Source of the DNA: a bacterium
Lineage (GTDB): Bacteria > Krumholzibacteriota > Krumholzibacteriia > LZORAL124-64-63
Reading direction: 5' to 3'
DNA: 64,000 bases
Assembly (NCBI GenBank): GCA_031441465.1
Contig: JANOEP010000010.1
Location: 167,986-231,985 of the forward strand
The translations under genes were made by a program, and so were the position numbers. The notes beneath the pieces are model-generated. The model saw only the letters and a list, made by a program, of their open reading frames with translations. It was not told the DNA's origin and searched no databases. Positions 52,936-62,928 of this stretch are shown here, piece after piece (within the stretch, counting starts at the first letter, position 1; the number at the start of each line of letters is the position of its first letter).

Positions 52936-54507
52936 TCAGTCCAGGTATTTGCGGGTGTACGCAGGCTCCGAAAGATCGCGGCGCGCAGCCTCCCCCACCG
53001 GCACGGCGGTGCGACGCCCGGACGGCGCCAGACGATCGGAAAGCTCCCTCACCTCGCGCAGGGGCACGACGTTGGAATCGAGGCGGGCGGAGCGCACGGC
53101 CGCGGCCGGCGGCGGCGCCTGCGACTCGGCTTCCTCGTCGTCGAAGCGCAGCGGCGCGTCGGACCCGAACCAGGCCGGCGCGTCCGTGGCGGGAGCGGCG
53201 GCCCCGTCCGCGGCGGCCATGACGCGCAGCAGCGGCGTCGCGGCCGGCGACTCGTCCAGGCGCGCGGCGGCGAAGGGCTCGTCCTGCTCGGGCGCGTCGT
53301 CGAACGCCACCGCGGCGGGCTCGGGCTCGTCGACGGGTTCGTCCCAGGACACGAGCCGCGGCGGCGACGGCGGAACCTCGCATGGTTCGTCGTCGAATTC
53401 GGCGGTCGCTTCCATGACGAAGATCGGCTCGGGATCCACGGCGGCCTCGGCCTCGACTTGTGCCTCGGCCTCGACTTGCGCCTCGGCCTCGACTTGCGCC
53501 CCGGCCTCGACTTGCGCCCCGGCCTCGACCCGCGCCACGGGCTCGTAGACGCCGCCGCGGTCGAAACCGGTGGCGATCACCGTGACCTGGAGCATGTCGC
53601 CCAGGTCGGGTTCGATGCCGTAACCGAAGATGATGTGGGCCTGGTCGCCGGCAGCTTCCTGCACCAGGCTCATCACGGCGTTGGTTTCCTTCAGGCTGAC
53701 CTCGGCGCTGGTGAGGTTCACCAGCACGCCTTTCGCGCCGCGGATGTCGACGTCCTCGAGCAGCGGCGAGCTGATGGCCGCGCGCGCCGCGAGTTCGGCG
53801 CGGTTCTCGCCGGCGGCCTTGCCCGTCCCCATCAACGCGACGCCCATGCCCTGCATCACCGAGCGCACGTCGGCGAAGTCGAGGTTGACCATGTGGGGCT
53901 TCATGATGATGTCGTGGATCCCGCGCGTCGCCTCGTAGAGCACGGTGTCGGCGAAGCGGAAGGCCTCGCTCATGGAGGTGTCCGGCGGCACGACTTCGAG
54001 CAGGCGCTCGTTGGGGATCACGATCAGCGTGTCCACCGACTCGCGCAGTTCCGCGAGGCCGGCTTCGGCCTGGCGCAGGCGGACGCGGCCCTCGAAGCGG
54101 AACGGCTTGGTGACCACGCCGACGGTCAGCGCGCCGAGTTCGCGCGCGATGCGGGCCACGATCGGCGCCGCACCGGTGCCGGTGCCCCCGCCCATGCCGG
54201 CGGTGACGAAGACCATGTCGCTGCCCTCGAGCGCGTCGCGGACCAGGGCCTCGTCCTCGATGATGGCGTGGCGGCCGACGTCGGGGTCGCCTCCGGAGCC
54301 CAGACCGCGCGTGGTCACGCAACCGATCTGCAGCACCGCGTCGGCGCGCGAGGAATGCAGGGCCTGGAGGTCGGTGTTGACCGCGATGAAATCGACCCCG
54401 TCCAGACCGGAATCGATCATGCGGTTGATGGCGTTGCCGCCGGCGCCGCCGACGCCGGCAACGCGGATCCTGGCGAGTCTCTCGGTGGGTTCAACGAGTT
54501 CGAACAT
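52936..54507 (-). CDS. ftsZ: Cell division protein FtsZ with long acidic linker
   Basis: GVGGAGGN, GMGGGTGTG, NLDFAD, C-terminal DLSEPAYTRK. Confidence 0.98.
   Translation of the reverse strand: MFELVEPTERLARIRVAGVGGAGGNAINRMIDSGLDGVDFIAVNTDLQALHSSRADAVLQIGCVTTRGLGSGGDPDVGRHAIIEDEALVRDALEGSDMVFVTAGMGGGTGTGAAPIVARIARELGALTVGVVTKPFRFEGRVRLRQAEAGLAELRESVDTLIVIPNERLLEVVPPDTSMSEAFRFADTVLYEATRGIHDIIMKPHMVNLDFADVRSVMQGMGVALMGTGKAAGENRAELAARAAISSPLLEDVDIRGAKGVLVNLTSAEVSLKETNAVMSLVQEAAGDQAHIIFGYGIEPDLGDMLQVTVIATGFDRGGVYEPVARVEAGAQVEAGAQVEAEAQVEAEAQVEAEAAVDPEPIFVMEATAEFDDEPCEVPPSPPRLVSWDEPVDEPEPAAVAFDDAPEQDEPFAAARLDESPAATPLLRVMAAADGAAAPATDAPAWFGSDAPLRFDDEEAESQAPPPAAAVRSARLDSNVVPLREVRELSDRLAPSGRRTAVPVGEAARRDLSEPAYTRKYLD
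53444..53529. repeat. In-frame 18-bp tandem repeat (~4.7 copies) in the ftsZ linker
   Basis: GCC(T/C)CGGCCTCGACTTG(C/T) units encoding VEA(G/E)AQ. Confidence 0.9.
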
Positions 54508-54638
54508 GACAGCCCCTCTCCTCCATGATCGGGTGTGCCGTCGGTGGATCTCAACGGAATGCTGGACTCTTTCTTAACACATCATGCTGGGGGTGTCCAA
54601 CAGGTATTTCCCAGGGGTCGTGGTTTTTTCCGCGGCGA

Positions 54639-55859
54639 TCAGCGCCGGGGGAACAACCCCCCGAGCCACCCTTTCCGCCGGCGAGGCGGCTCCCGGGAGC
54701 CGTCCGCCTCCCCCGCCTCCGGGCCGCCGCCCAGCGCCCAGAAGGCCAGACCGACCGCCGTGGCCCACTGACCCTCGGGCAGGGGCTTGCCGCCGGTCAG
54801 GCCGAGGGGGGTCAGGCGCCGCTGTGCCGGCAGCATCAGCACTTCCTCGATCAGCTGCTCCGTGCCCGCGCAGCGCGAGCCGCCACCGGTCACCACGACG
54901 CCGCGGTGCAGCAGGGACTGCTGGAAGTCCGGACCCATGTCGCGTTTCACGAGCGACACGATCTCTTCGAGGCGGGGCTCGAGGATCGCGGCGATCAGAC
55001 CCGGGGACTCGGCGGGCTCGCTCTCCTCGAACAGCACCTCGGGATCGACGTCGTCCGCGAGGCTGCGCAGGGCCAGCCCGCGCTGCCGCTTGATGGTCTC
55101 GGCCTCGGCGGCGCTGATGCGCAGGCCGTGGGCCAGGTCGTTGGTCATGTGCACGCCGCCCCAGGGGACGGCGCCGCTGCCGGCGATCCGCCCCGACCGG
55201 TAGATCACCCACTGCGTGTGCAGCCCGCCGATGTCGATCAGCAGCACGCCCTCCTGCCGCTCCTGCGGCGTCAGCAGCGCCGAGGCCGTGGCCAGCGCGT
55301 CGATGTGCCAGCTCGCCGCGTGGTAGCCGGATTTCTCGATGGTGTGCTCGAGGTTGTGCTGGACGCTGCTGGAACCCGTGACGAGGTAGGCGTCCACTTC
55401 GAGCAGCGAACCCGGACGGTCGAGCGGATCGACGACGCCCGGGATCCCGTCCACGGTGTACGCCACGGGATTCGAGGCGAGGATCGCGTGGTCGAAGGGG
55501 ATGGCGATGCTGGTGGCCTTCTCCAGGACGGCCTCGACGTCGTGCGCGTCCACGGCTCGCCGGTTCGGCCCGACCTTGTGCTGGCCGCGCGCCCAGAGCG
55601 AGCGCAGGTGCGAACCCGAAATGCCGTAGCAGAAGCCCGCGATGTCGACGTTCGCCGCCGCTTCGGCGCCGCGCACCGCCTTGGCGATCGCCCGGCTGCC
55701 GGAACCGACGTCCACGAAGTCGCCGTCGCGGAAGCCCGCCGCCTCGGCGCTGCCCGTCCCGAGCACGGTCAACCCTCCCTCCGGCGACGGCGTGGCCACC
55801 AGAACGCGGAATTCCGTGCTGCCGAGGTCGCAGGCGACGATCAGCTGGTCATGTTCCAT
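54639..55859 (-). CDS. ftsA: Cell division protein FtsA
   Basis: CDLGST, LIDIGG, GGVHMTNDL, VTGGGS, C-terminal amphipathic WLGGLF. Confidence 0.95.
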   Translation of the reverse strand: MEHDQLIVACDLGSTEFRVLVATPSPEGGLTVLGTGSAEAAGFRDGDFVDVGSGSRAIAKAVRGAEAAANVDIAGFCYGISGSHLRSLWARGQHKVGPNRRAVDAHDVEAVLEKATSIAIPFDHAILASNPVAYTVDGIPGVVDPLDRPGSLLEVDAYLVTGSSSVQHNLEHTIEKSGYHAASWHIDALATASALLTPQERQEGVLLIDIGGLHTQWVIYRSGRIAGSGAVPWGGVHMTNDLAHGLRISAAEAETIKRQRGLALRSLADDVDPEVLFEESEPAESPGLIAAILEPRLEEIVSLVKRDMGPDFQQSLLHRGVVVTGGGSRCAGTEQLIEEVLMLPAQRRLTPLGLTGGKPLPEGQWATAVGLAFWALGGGPEAGEADGSREPPRRRKGWLGGLFPRR

Positions 55860-56670
55860 GGTCGTCCTTCTCTCGCGGCGGCTCCGTGGTGTCGGGCGGA
55901 GCCGGTTTCTCGACGGAGACCTGTCCCTGGAAGCGCAGGTCGACGATGCAGCTGTCCGGGATGCTGTCCCGGACGCCGAGATAACGCGTCAGTCGCGCGG
56001 TGAAGCCCTCGCGGCCCAGGATCAGACGGCCGCCCTCGCCGGCCAGGACGAGGGACAGCCCTCGCTCGTCGCGCAGGACGAAGTCGACCGGGTGCGCCGT
56101 TTCCAACCCCGTGCCGCGCACCGCGTCCACCAGGTCGCGCAGCATGTCGGCGTCCCGCGGCGCCAGACCCCGGCCGGGGGCGCCGACGCGGTCCACCAGC
56201 AGCGGCAGATCGAGCGGCGGCAGCAGATCCGGCAACCGCAACCGGCGGCCGTTCTCGGCCAGCACGTCGCGGTCCCCCGCGCCGGCCACCACGACCTGGG
56301 GCCGCCACTCCTGCAGCCGGACGTGCAGCGTCGACGGCAGCAGGCGCGTGACCGCGGCGTCGCGGACCCACGGCAGCGTGCGCAACGAATCGGTGAACGC
56401 GGCGGTGTCGAAGCGCCAGATGTTCCGGCCCAGCGCCCACCGCAGGCGCCACTCGAGTTCGGCGCGGTCGGTGAATCGGTAACGGTCCGTTTCGACGCGC
56501 GCCACCGCAAACTTCGGCGCCGTCAGCAGCCAGAGCAGGCCGCCGCCCACGACGACGGCGATCCCCAGCGCGACCGCGCCGCGCACGACCAGCCGCCGCG
56601 TGTCGCGGCGGCGCACGCGGCGGCGGGCCATGCCCGCCGCGGTCCGCTGCAGCCGGCCGGGCGCGCTCAT
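55849..56670 (-). CDS. ftsQ: Cell division protein FtsQ/DivIB
   Basis: TM segment plus POTRA (LPWVRDAAVTRLLPSTL), VDLRF; position in the dcw cluster. Confidence 0.88.
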   Translation of the reverse strand: MSAPGRLQRTAAGMARRRVRRRDTRRLVVRGAVALGIAVVVGGGLLWLLTAPKFAVARVETDRYRFTDRAELEWRLRWALGRNIWRFDTAAFTDSLRTLPWVRDAAVTRLLPSTLHVRLQEWRPQVVVAGAGDRDVLAENGRRLRLPDLLPPLDLPLLVDRVGAPGRGLAPRDADMLRDLVDAVRGTGLETAHPVDFVLRDERGLSLVLAGEGGRLILGREGFTARLTRYLGVRDSIPDSCIVDLRFQGQVSVEKPAPPDTTEPPREKDDHGT

Positions 56671-58040
56671 GCCGCGCCCCTGCCCGCCAGGTGGGCGCAG
56701 ACCGGCGCGACCAGGCGTCCGATGTCGCCGGCGCCCAGGGTCACGAGCAGGTCGCCCGGGCCCACCGTCGCGTCGAGCCAGGGCACGACGTCGTCGGCGC
56801 CGCCGAGCAGCGTGACCTCGCCGCGCCCCTTGCGCGCGAGCGCCGTGGCGATCAGGCCGCTGTCCACGCCCGGCTGCGGCTCTTCGCTCGCCGCGTACAC
56901 CGGCAGCAGGCCTACGGCGTCCGCCGCCGCCAGGGCGTCGGCGAACTCGACGGCGAACCGCAGGGTGCGCGAGTAGCGGTGGGGCTGGAACAGCACGACC
57001 ACGCGGCGCCCCTCGTCGCAGGCCACGGCCAGGGTGGCCGCGATCTCGGTGGGGTGGTGCCCGTAGTCGTCCACCACGCGCACGCCGCCCGGTTCCCCGT
57101 GTTCCTGGTAGCGGCGGCCGACCCCGGCGAACCCCTGCAGAGCCCGGGCCGCCTGCGCGAAGGGGACGCCCAGCTCCATGCCGACGGCCACGGCCGCCAG
57201 CGCGTTGGCCAGGTTGTGCCGGCCACGCAAGCGCAGTTCGAGGCGACCGAGTTCGCGGCCGCCCGCCAGCACCGTCGCGGCCCCGGGGAGGGACGGGTCG
57301 GGCACGCCGCGAACGTCGGCGTCCGCGCCGAGGCCGTAGGTGATGACCTTGCGTTCGAGGTGGGGGATCAGCGCGCGCACCTCGGGGTCGTCCTGGCAGA
57401 GGACGCACGCCCCGTAGAAGGGGACGCGTGCCAGGAAGGCGCGGAAGGCGGCGCGCAGGTCCGCCATCTCCGGATAGAAATCGACGTGCTCGTGGTCGAT
57501 GTTGGTGACCACCGCCACCGTCGGCACCAGGTGCAGGAAGGTCCCGTCGCTCTCGTCGGCTTCGGCCACGAGGTAATCGCCGGCGCCGAGCACGGCGTTC
57601 GCGCCGGTCGCCAGCGCGCGGCCGCCCACCAGGACGGTGGGGTCCAGCCCGCCCGCGGCCAGGACCTCGGCCACCAGCGAGGTCGTGGTCGTCTTGCCGT
57701 GGGAACCGGCCACGGCGATGCCGTACTTCAGGCGCATCAGTTCGGCGAGCATCTCGGCGCGCCGGATGACCGGGATGCCGAGCCGCCGCGCCGCCGTGAC
57801 TTCGGGATTGAAACGCGTGACCGCCGACGAATAGACCACGACGTCGGCGCCCCGCACCTGCTCGTCGCGGTGCCCGATCGCGATCGACGCCCCGAGCCGC
57901 TCGAGACGCTCGGTCGCCTCCGAGGCGCGCAGGTCGCTGCCGCTGACGCGGAAGCCGAGGTTCAGCAGGATCTCGGCGATCCCGCTCATGCCGATGCCCC
58001 CGATGGCGACGAGATGGACGTGGCGGGTGTTACGGAACAC
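56667..58040 (-). CDS. murC: UDP-N-acetylmuramate--L-alanine ligase
   Basis: IGGIGMS, GSHGKTTT, EADESD, DDYGHHP, FQPHRYSR. Confidence 0.97.
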   Translation of the reverse strand: MFRNTRHVHLVAIGGIGMSGIAEILLNLGFRVSGSDLRASEATERLERLGASIAIGHRDEQVRGADVVVYSSAVTRFNPEVTAARRLGIPVIRRAEMLAELMRLKYGIAVAGSHGKTTTTSLVAEVLAAGGLDPTVLVGGRALATGANAVLGAGDYLVAEADESDGTFLHLVPTVAVVTNIDHEHVDFYPEMADLRAAFRAFLARVPFYGACVLCQDDPEVRALIPHLERKVITYGLGADADVRGVPDPSLPGAATVLAGGRELGRLELRLRGRHNLANALAAVAVGMELGVPFAQAARALQGFAGVGRRYQEHGEPGGVRVVDDYGHHPTEIAATLAVACDEGRRVVVLFQPHRYSRTLRFAVEFADALAAADAVGLLPVYAASEEPQPGVDSGLIATALARKGRGEVTLLGGADDVVPWLDATVGPGDLLVTLGAGDIGRLVAPVCAHLAGRGAA

Positions 58041-58050
58041 GGCAGCCCCT

Positions 58051-59247
58051 TTACCGGCCGGTTGTGGTGCACGTGCCGGCGGCGTCGACGGGCAGACGCC
58101 CCGACAGCCGCATCAGGTCGGCGGCGATCTCCATCGCCGCCTCGGGCCGGGCCGCGGCCCGCGCGCCGGCCGCCATCGCGCGCAACCGCGCGGGATCCCG
58201 CCGCAGCTCTTCCACGCACGCCGCCAGGGACTCCCCCGTGCAGAGTTCGTCCAGCAGCAGCAGCGCCGCGCCCGCGTCCTCGCGCGACTTGGCGTTGCGC
58301 AGCTGGTGCTGGTCGGTGGCGTGCGGGTAAGGCACCAGCACCGCGGCGCAGCCCGCGGCCGCCAGCTCGGCCAGGGTCATCGCGCCCGCGCGGCAGACCA
58401 CCAGGTCGGCCCAGCGCAAGGCCGCGGGCATGTCGTCGATGTACGGGGTGATGCGCGTCGCGCCGAGACGGCCGGCGCAGCCGCGGGTCACCGCCTCGTG
58501 CTCTTCGGGGCCGGTCTGCGCCCACAACGACAGCTCGGCGCGCAACGCCCAGGCGCCGCGCGCCGCGTCGGCCACGGCGCGGTTCAGCGTGCGGGCGCCC
58601 CGGCTGCCGCCGAAGACCAGCACGTGGAAGGCGGGCGCCCCGTCCGGGCGCCGGGTCCCACCGTCCGCGGCGGCGGCCGCTTCGCCGAGGGCGTCGGCGA
58701 AGGCGGCGCGGACGGGGTTGCCGGTGTCGCGGCTGCGGCCGGTCGGGAAGTACGCCGCCGCTTCCGTGAACCCGAGATAGATCCGCCGCGCCCAGCGCCC
58801 CAGGAGACGGTTGGTGCTGCCCGGGATCGCATTCTGTTCCTGCAAGGCCAGCGGCCGTCCCAGGACGCGCGCCGCCAGGCCGACCGGCAGGCTGACGAAG
58901 CCGCCGCTGCCCAGCACGACGTCCGGCCGGAAGCGTCGCAACACCGCCAGGCTCTGGACCACGCCCCGGACGAGGTTGGCGGCGAAGCGCAACCGCGCGA
59001 CGGGGCCGAGTCCCCGGTAGCCCGAGGCCGCCACGTGGACCAGGTCCAGGCCGGCGGCGGGGACGAGCCGCGACTCCAACCCCTGTCGGGTTCCGAGGTA
59101 GAGCAGTTGGGCCTGCGGTTCGAGCCGCAGCAGCGCCTCGGCGACGGCCAGGGCGGGGTAGATGTGCCCACCGGTGCCGCCGCCCGCCAGGACGACCCTG
59201 ACCGGCGCGGTCGCATCGGCTCGGCTTTGGGCGCGGCGCGGGTTCAT
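58051..59247 (-). CDS. murG: Lipid II GlcNAc transferase MurG
   Basis: GGGTGGHIYP, EQNA, GNPVR, GGSRG, RAGA, HQLRNA. Confidence 0.96.
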   Translation of the reverse strand: MNPRRAQSRADATAPVRVVLAGGGTGGHIYPALAVAEALLRLEPQAQLLYLGTRQGLESRLVPAAGLDLVHVAASGYRGLGPVARLRFAANLVRGVVQSLAVLRRFRPDVVLGSGGFVSLPVGLAARVLGRPLALQEQNAIPGSTNRLLGRWARRIYLGFTEAAAYFPTGRSRDTGNPVRAAFADALGEAAAAADGGTRRPDGAPAFHVLVFGGSRGARTLNRAVADAARGAWALRAELSLWAQTGPEEHEAVTRGCAGRLGATRITPYIDDMPAALRWADLVVCRAGAMTLAELAAAGCAAVLVPYPHATDQHQLRNAKSREDAGAALLLLDELCTGESLAACVEELRRDPARLRAMAAGARAAARPEAAMEIAADLMRLSGRLPVDAAGTCTTTGR

Positions 59248-59277
59248 GAATCTCCTCCGAGGGCCGGCCGGGCCGCC

Positions 59278-60450
59278 TCAGGGGCGTCCGATCACCCGCA
59301 CCCTCCTGGCGCGCAGGGCGCGCCCCTGGCGGTCGATGCTCAACAGGATGCCCACCGCCGCCAGGTTCGTGATCAGTGCGGAACCGCCGTAGCTGAGGAA
59401 GGGCAGCGGCAGCCCCATGACGGGAAGCACCGCGGTGACCATGCCGATGTTGATGGCCGCGTACGACAGCAGCATCGTGGTCAGTCCGGCCGCGACCAGG
59501 CTGCCGAATTCGTCGCCCGCGTTGCGTGCGATGTTATAACCGCGCCAGCCCAGCAGCACAAACAGAAAAAGCGTGACCAGACCGCCCACCAGGCCCAATT
59601 CCTCGCCCACGACCGAGAAGATGAAATCCGTGTGCGCATCCGGCAGGAAGGCGAAGCGCTGCTGGCTGGCCCCGATGCCCGTCCCCTGCCAGCCGCCGGC
59701 CCCCAGCCCCAGCAGCGACTGGTAGACCTGGTAGAGCTTCTCGTCGGCGCTCGGATCGATCGTGCCGTCCTTGATCCCCAGCCACCAGAGCACCAGGCGG
59801 TGGTTGATCTTGGAGATCGTGAAGAAGCCCAGGGCGGCCATCGCCACGGCCCCCGCGCCCAACCAACCCAGGATCCGCAGCGGCAGGCCGCTGAGCGTCA
59901 ACAGGACCAGCGTCAGCAACCCCATCATCGCGGCGTTGCCGTAGTTCGGCTGCAGGGCCAGGGCGACCATCGCCACGGCGGGAACCGCCAGCGCCGTCCA
60001 GAAGCGGCGGTCGTCGCGGCGCAGGCGCTCGAACCCGCCGGCGCACTGCTGGGCGAGGAAGAGCACCAGCGCGACCTTCACGATCTCCACGGGCTGGACG
60101 GGCAGGAACGTCAGCCAGCGGCTGGAGCCGGCGCGCTCGTCGACGAGACCCGTCTTGCGCAGCACGACGGTCACCAGCACCAGGCCCAAGCCGAGTCCCA
60201 GCAGCCCCCAGTTCAGCCAGGGCCGACGCAGCGTCTGGTAGTCCAGTCCGGCCAGGAACCACAACGCGCCGAGGCCGAGGCCGAAGCGGATGATCTGGTT
60301 CAGGAAGTAATGGGTGCTGGACGACGAGGTGAACGAACCGGCGTTGTAGACCATCACCACGCCGAAGATCCCCAGCACCAGCACCGCGAACATCAGCCAG
60401 CCGTCGAGCTGCTCGAACCAGGCCAGCAGCCGGCGCACGCGTCGGTTCAT
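59278..60450 (-). CDS. ftsW: Peptidoglycan glycosyltransferase FtsW
   Basis: RW...QPVE, QPNYG, LPDAHTDFIF, LPFLSYGGS. Confidence 0.95.
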   Translation of the reverse strand: MNRRVRRLLAWFEQLDGWLMFAVLVLGIFGVVMVYNAGSFTSSSSTHYFLNQIIRFGLGLGALWFLAGLDYQTLRRPWLNWGLLGLGLGLVLVTVVLRKTGLVDERAGSSRWLTFLPVQPVEIVKVALVLFLAQQCAGGFERLRRDDRRFWTALAVPAVAMVALALQPNYGNAAMMGLLTLVLLTLSGLPLRILGWLGAGAVAMAALGFFTISKINHRLVLWWLGIKDGTIDPSADEKLYQVYQSLLGLGAGGWQGTGIGASQQRFAFLPDAHTDFIFSVVGEELGLVGGLVTLFLFVLLGWRGYNIARNAGDEFGSLVAAGLTTMLLSYAAINIGMVTAVLPVMGLPLPFLSYGGSALITNLAAVGILLSIDRQGRALRARRVRVIGRP

Positions 60451-61829
60451 GATCCCTCCCGGGGTCCGGCAGCGCCCGGCCGGCCGGCCAACCAGCGGCG
60501 AGCGGCGGCGGCGAACACCTCGCCGCGGTGGTGGTAGTCGCGGAACATGTCGAAGCTCGCGCAGGCGGGGCTCAGCAGGACCGTGCCTCGTCCCAACGCC
60601 AGGCCGGCCGCCGTCGCCACGGCCTCGTCGAGGTCGGCGGCCCGGACCAGCGGCACCGCACCGGCGAGCGCCGCCGCGATGCGCTCCGCCTCGGCGCCGA
60701 TCAGCACCGCGGCCCGCACCGGCGCGAGCACGTCGCGCAGGGGGGCGTAGTCCTCGCCCTTGCCGCTGCCGCCCAGGATCAGCACGACGTCGCCCGCGTA
60801 ACCGGCCAACCCGCCGCACACCGCGTGGACGTTGGTCGCTTTGGAATCGTCGACGAAGACCAACCCGTCTCCCCGGGCGACCTCCTGCTGGCGGTGCGGC
60901 AAACCGCGGAAACTCCGCAGGCCCGCCGCCAGGACGTCGTCGTCCAGGTCGAAGGGTTCGAGGGCGGCGAGGGCGGCGCCGGCGTTGAGGACATTCGGTG
61001 CGCCGTGGAGGGGAAAGTCCTCGAGCGCCAGCACCGCCCGCGGTCCGCCATCGCGCAGTCGCCACAGACGGCCGTCCCGTGCGAAGCACGCGGCGCCCGC
61101 TTCCGGATCGCCGAACAGCAGGCGACGCGGTGCGGGCCAATCCCGGGCCGGCAGGCAGCCGGTCCCGGTGACGAACAGCCCCCCGGGGGGCAACAGATCC
61201 ACGAGCCGCCGCTTGGCGGCGTAGTACGCGCCGACCGACGGGTAGCGGTCCAGGTGGTCGGGGGCCAGGTTCAGCACCACGGCGACCTCGGGCCGGAACT
61301 GCGCGACGGCCTCGAGCTGGAAACTGCTGACTTCCACGACGGCCACCGCGGCGTCGGGCAGCGTGTCGGCGACCCGGCTCCAGGGACGGCCCACGTTGCC
61401 CAGGGCCGGCGCCGTGTAGCCCGCGGCGCGCAGCAGGTGCGCCGCCAGTTCGGTGGTCGTCGTCTTGCCGTTGGTGCCGGTGATCGCCACCGTGCGCCCC
61501 TTGAAGAAGCGTGCGGCCAGTTCGAGTTCGCTCAGGACCGGCACGCCGGGCGCCGCGGCGACGGCCCGCTCGACGGTCACCCCGGGGCTGAGCACCACGC
61601 CGTCGAGGCGCGGCAGCGCCGAGTCCCAGCCCGGGCCGGACCGCAACTCGTCGAAGGCCTCGAGCGCCTCCTCCACGAGACCGTGCCGGCGCCACTGCTC
61701 GGCGAGCACCGATTCGCCGGCGTCGTCGCCGCCCACGACGCGCGCGCCGTGACGTCGCAGCAGAGCGCCGGCCGCACAGCCGCTGCGCGCCAGACCGATC
61801 ACCAACCAGGTCCCGCCCCGCACGTTCAC
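60447..61829 (-). CDS. murD: UDP-MurNAc-L-Ala--D-Glu ligase
   Basis: GLARSG, GTNGKTT, EVSSFQL, DDSKATN, LSPACASFD. Confidence 0.97.
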   Translation of the reverse strand: MNVRGGTWLVIGLARSGCAAGALLRRHGARVVGGDDAGESVLAEQWRRHGLVEEALEAFDELRSGPGWDSALPRLDGVVLSPGVTVERAVAAAPGVPVLSELELAARFFKGRTVAITGTNGKTTTTELAAHLLRAAGYTAPALGNVGRPWSRVADTLPDAAVAVVEVSSFQLEAVAQFRPEVAVVLNLAPDHLDRYPSVGAYYAAKRRLVDLLPPGGLFVTGTGCLPARDWPAPRRLLFGDPEAGAACFARDGRLWRLRDGGPRAVLALEDFPLHGAPNVLNAGAALAALEPFDLDDDVLAAGLRSFRGLPHRQQEVARGDGLVFVDDSKATNVHAVCGGLAGYAGDVVLILGGSGKGEDYAPLRDVLAPVRAAVLIGAEAERIAAALAGAVPLVRAADLDEAVATAAGLALGRGTVLLSPACASFDMFRDYHHRGEVFAAAARRWLAGRPGAAGPREGS

Positions 61830-61839
61830 GCCCGTCCTC

Positions 61840-62928
61840 CTACTGCAACTTGACGGTGCTCATGCTCAGCAGCAGCAGCAGGATGCCGATGATCCAGAAG
61901 CGGACCACGACCTGCGTCTCCGACCAGCCGAGCAGTTCGAAATGGTGGTGCAGGGGCGCCATGCGGAAGATCCGCTTGCCGCCGCGCCAGCGGTACGACG
62001 CGACCTGCAGCATGACGCTCACGGCCTCCAGCACGAACATGCCGCCCATGATCACCAGCAACAGCTCGCGCTTGACCAGGATCGCGACGGTGCCCAGGGC
62101 GCCGCCCAGGGCCAGGCTGCCGGTATCGCCCATGAACACCCGCGCGGGATGGGCGTTGAACCACAGGAAGCCGAGCGAGGCGCCGACCACGGCCCCGCAG
62201 TAGACGGCGAGTTCGCCGGCGCCCGGCAGGTAGACGATGTTGAGGTAGTCCGCGAAGATCACGTTGCCCGCGACGTAGGCCAGCGCCGCGAAGCCCAGGA
62301 AGGTGAAGGCGCTCAGCCCGATCGCCAGCCCGTCGAGGCCGTCGGTCAGGTTCACGGCGTTGCTGGTGCCCGCCACCACGACCACCACCAGCGGCAGGTA
62401 GAACCAGCCGAGGTCGATGAAGGTGTCCTTCAGCAGCGGCACGGCCAGTTGGGTGACCAGGGTGTCGTCGGCGACCGCGCTTTTCAGCAGCAGGTACAGC
62501 ACCAGGCTGAAGCCGATCTGCCCCGCCAGCTTCACGCGGCCGATCATGCCCTTGGGCCGCTTGCGCACGACCTTGAGCCAATCGTCGACGAACCCCAGCG
62601 TCCCCATCCAAACCGTGGCCAGCAGGCAGAGCTGCACGTAGCGGTTGCTCAGGTCCGCCCACAGCAGGGTGGGCAGCACGATCGCCGCGATCACCAGCAC
62701 GCCGCCCATCGTCGGGGTGCCCGCCTTGGCGGCGTGCCGCGCGGGGCCGTCGCTGCGGATCGTCTCGCCGATCTGCAGGGCCTGGAGCCGGCCGATCAGC
62801 CACCCGCCGAACACGAAGCAGATCAGCAGGGCGGTGATCGTGGCGTAGGCGGCGCGGAACGTGATGTACTGGAAGACGTTCAGCGCCGACCAGTGTTCGC
62901 GCAGCGGGTAGAGCAGGAGGTAGAACAT
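61840..62928 (-). CDS. mraY: Phospho-N-acetylmuramoyl-pentapeptide transferase
   Basis: KAGTPTMGG, NAVNLTDGLDG, VFMGDTGS, MAPLHHHFE. Confidence 0.98.
   Translation of the reverse strand: MFYLLLYPLREHWSALNVFQYITFRAAYATITALLICFVFGGWLIGRLQALQIGETIRSDGPARHAAKAGTPTMGGVLVIAAIVLPTLLWADLSNRYVQLCLLATVWMGTLGFVDDWLKVVRKRPKGMIGRVKLAGQIGFSLVLYLLLKSAVADDTLVTQLAVPLLKDTFIDLGWFYLPLVVVVVAGTSNAVNLTDGLDGLAIGLSAFTFLGFAALAYVAGNVIFADYLNIVYLPGAGELAVYCGAVVGASLGFLWFNAHPARVFMGDTGSLALGGALGTVAILVKRELLLVIMGGMFVLEAVSVMLQVASYRWRGGKRIFRMAPLHHHFELLGWSETQVVVRFWIIGILLLLLSMSTVKLQ

Noticed and set aside
53444..53529. Tandem repeat as a CRISPR array
   Set aside because: There are no spacers; it is an in-frame coding repeat within ftsZ, and there are no cas genes in the window.
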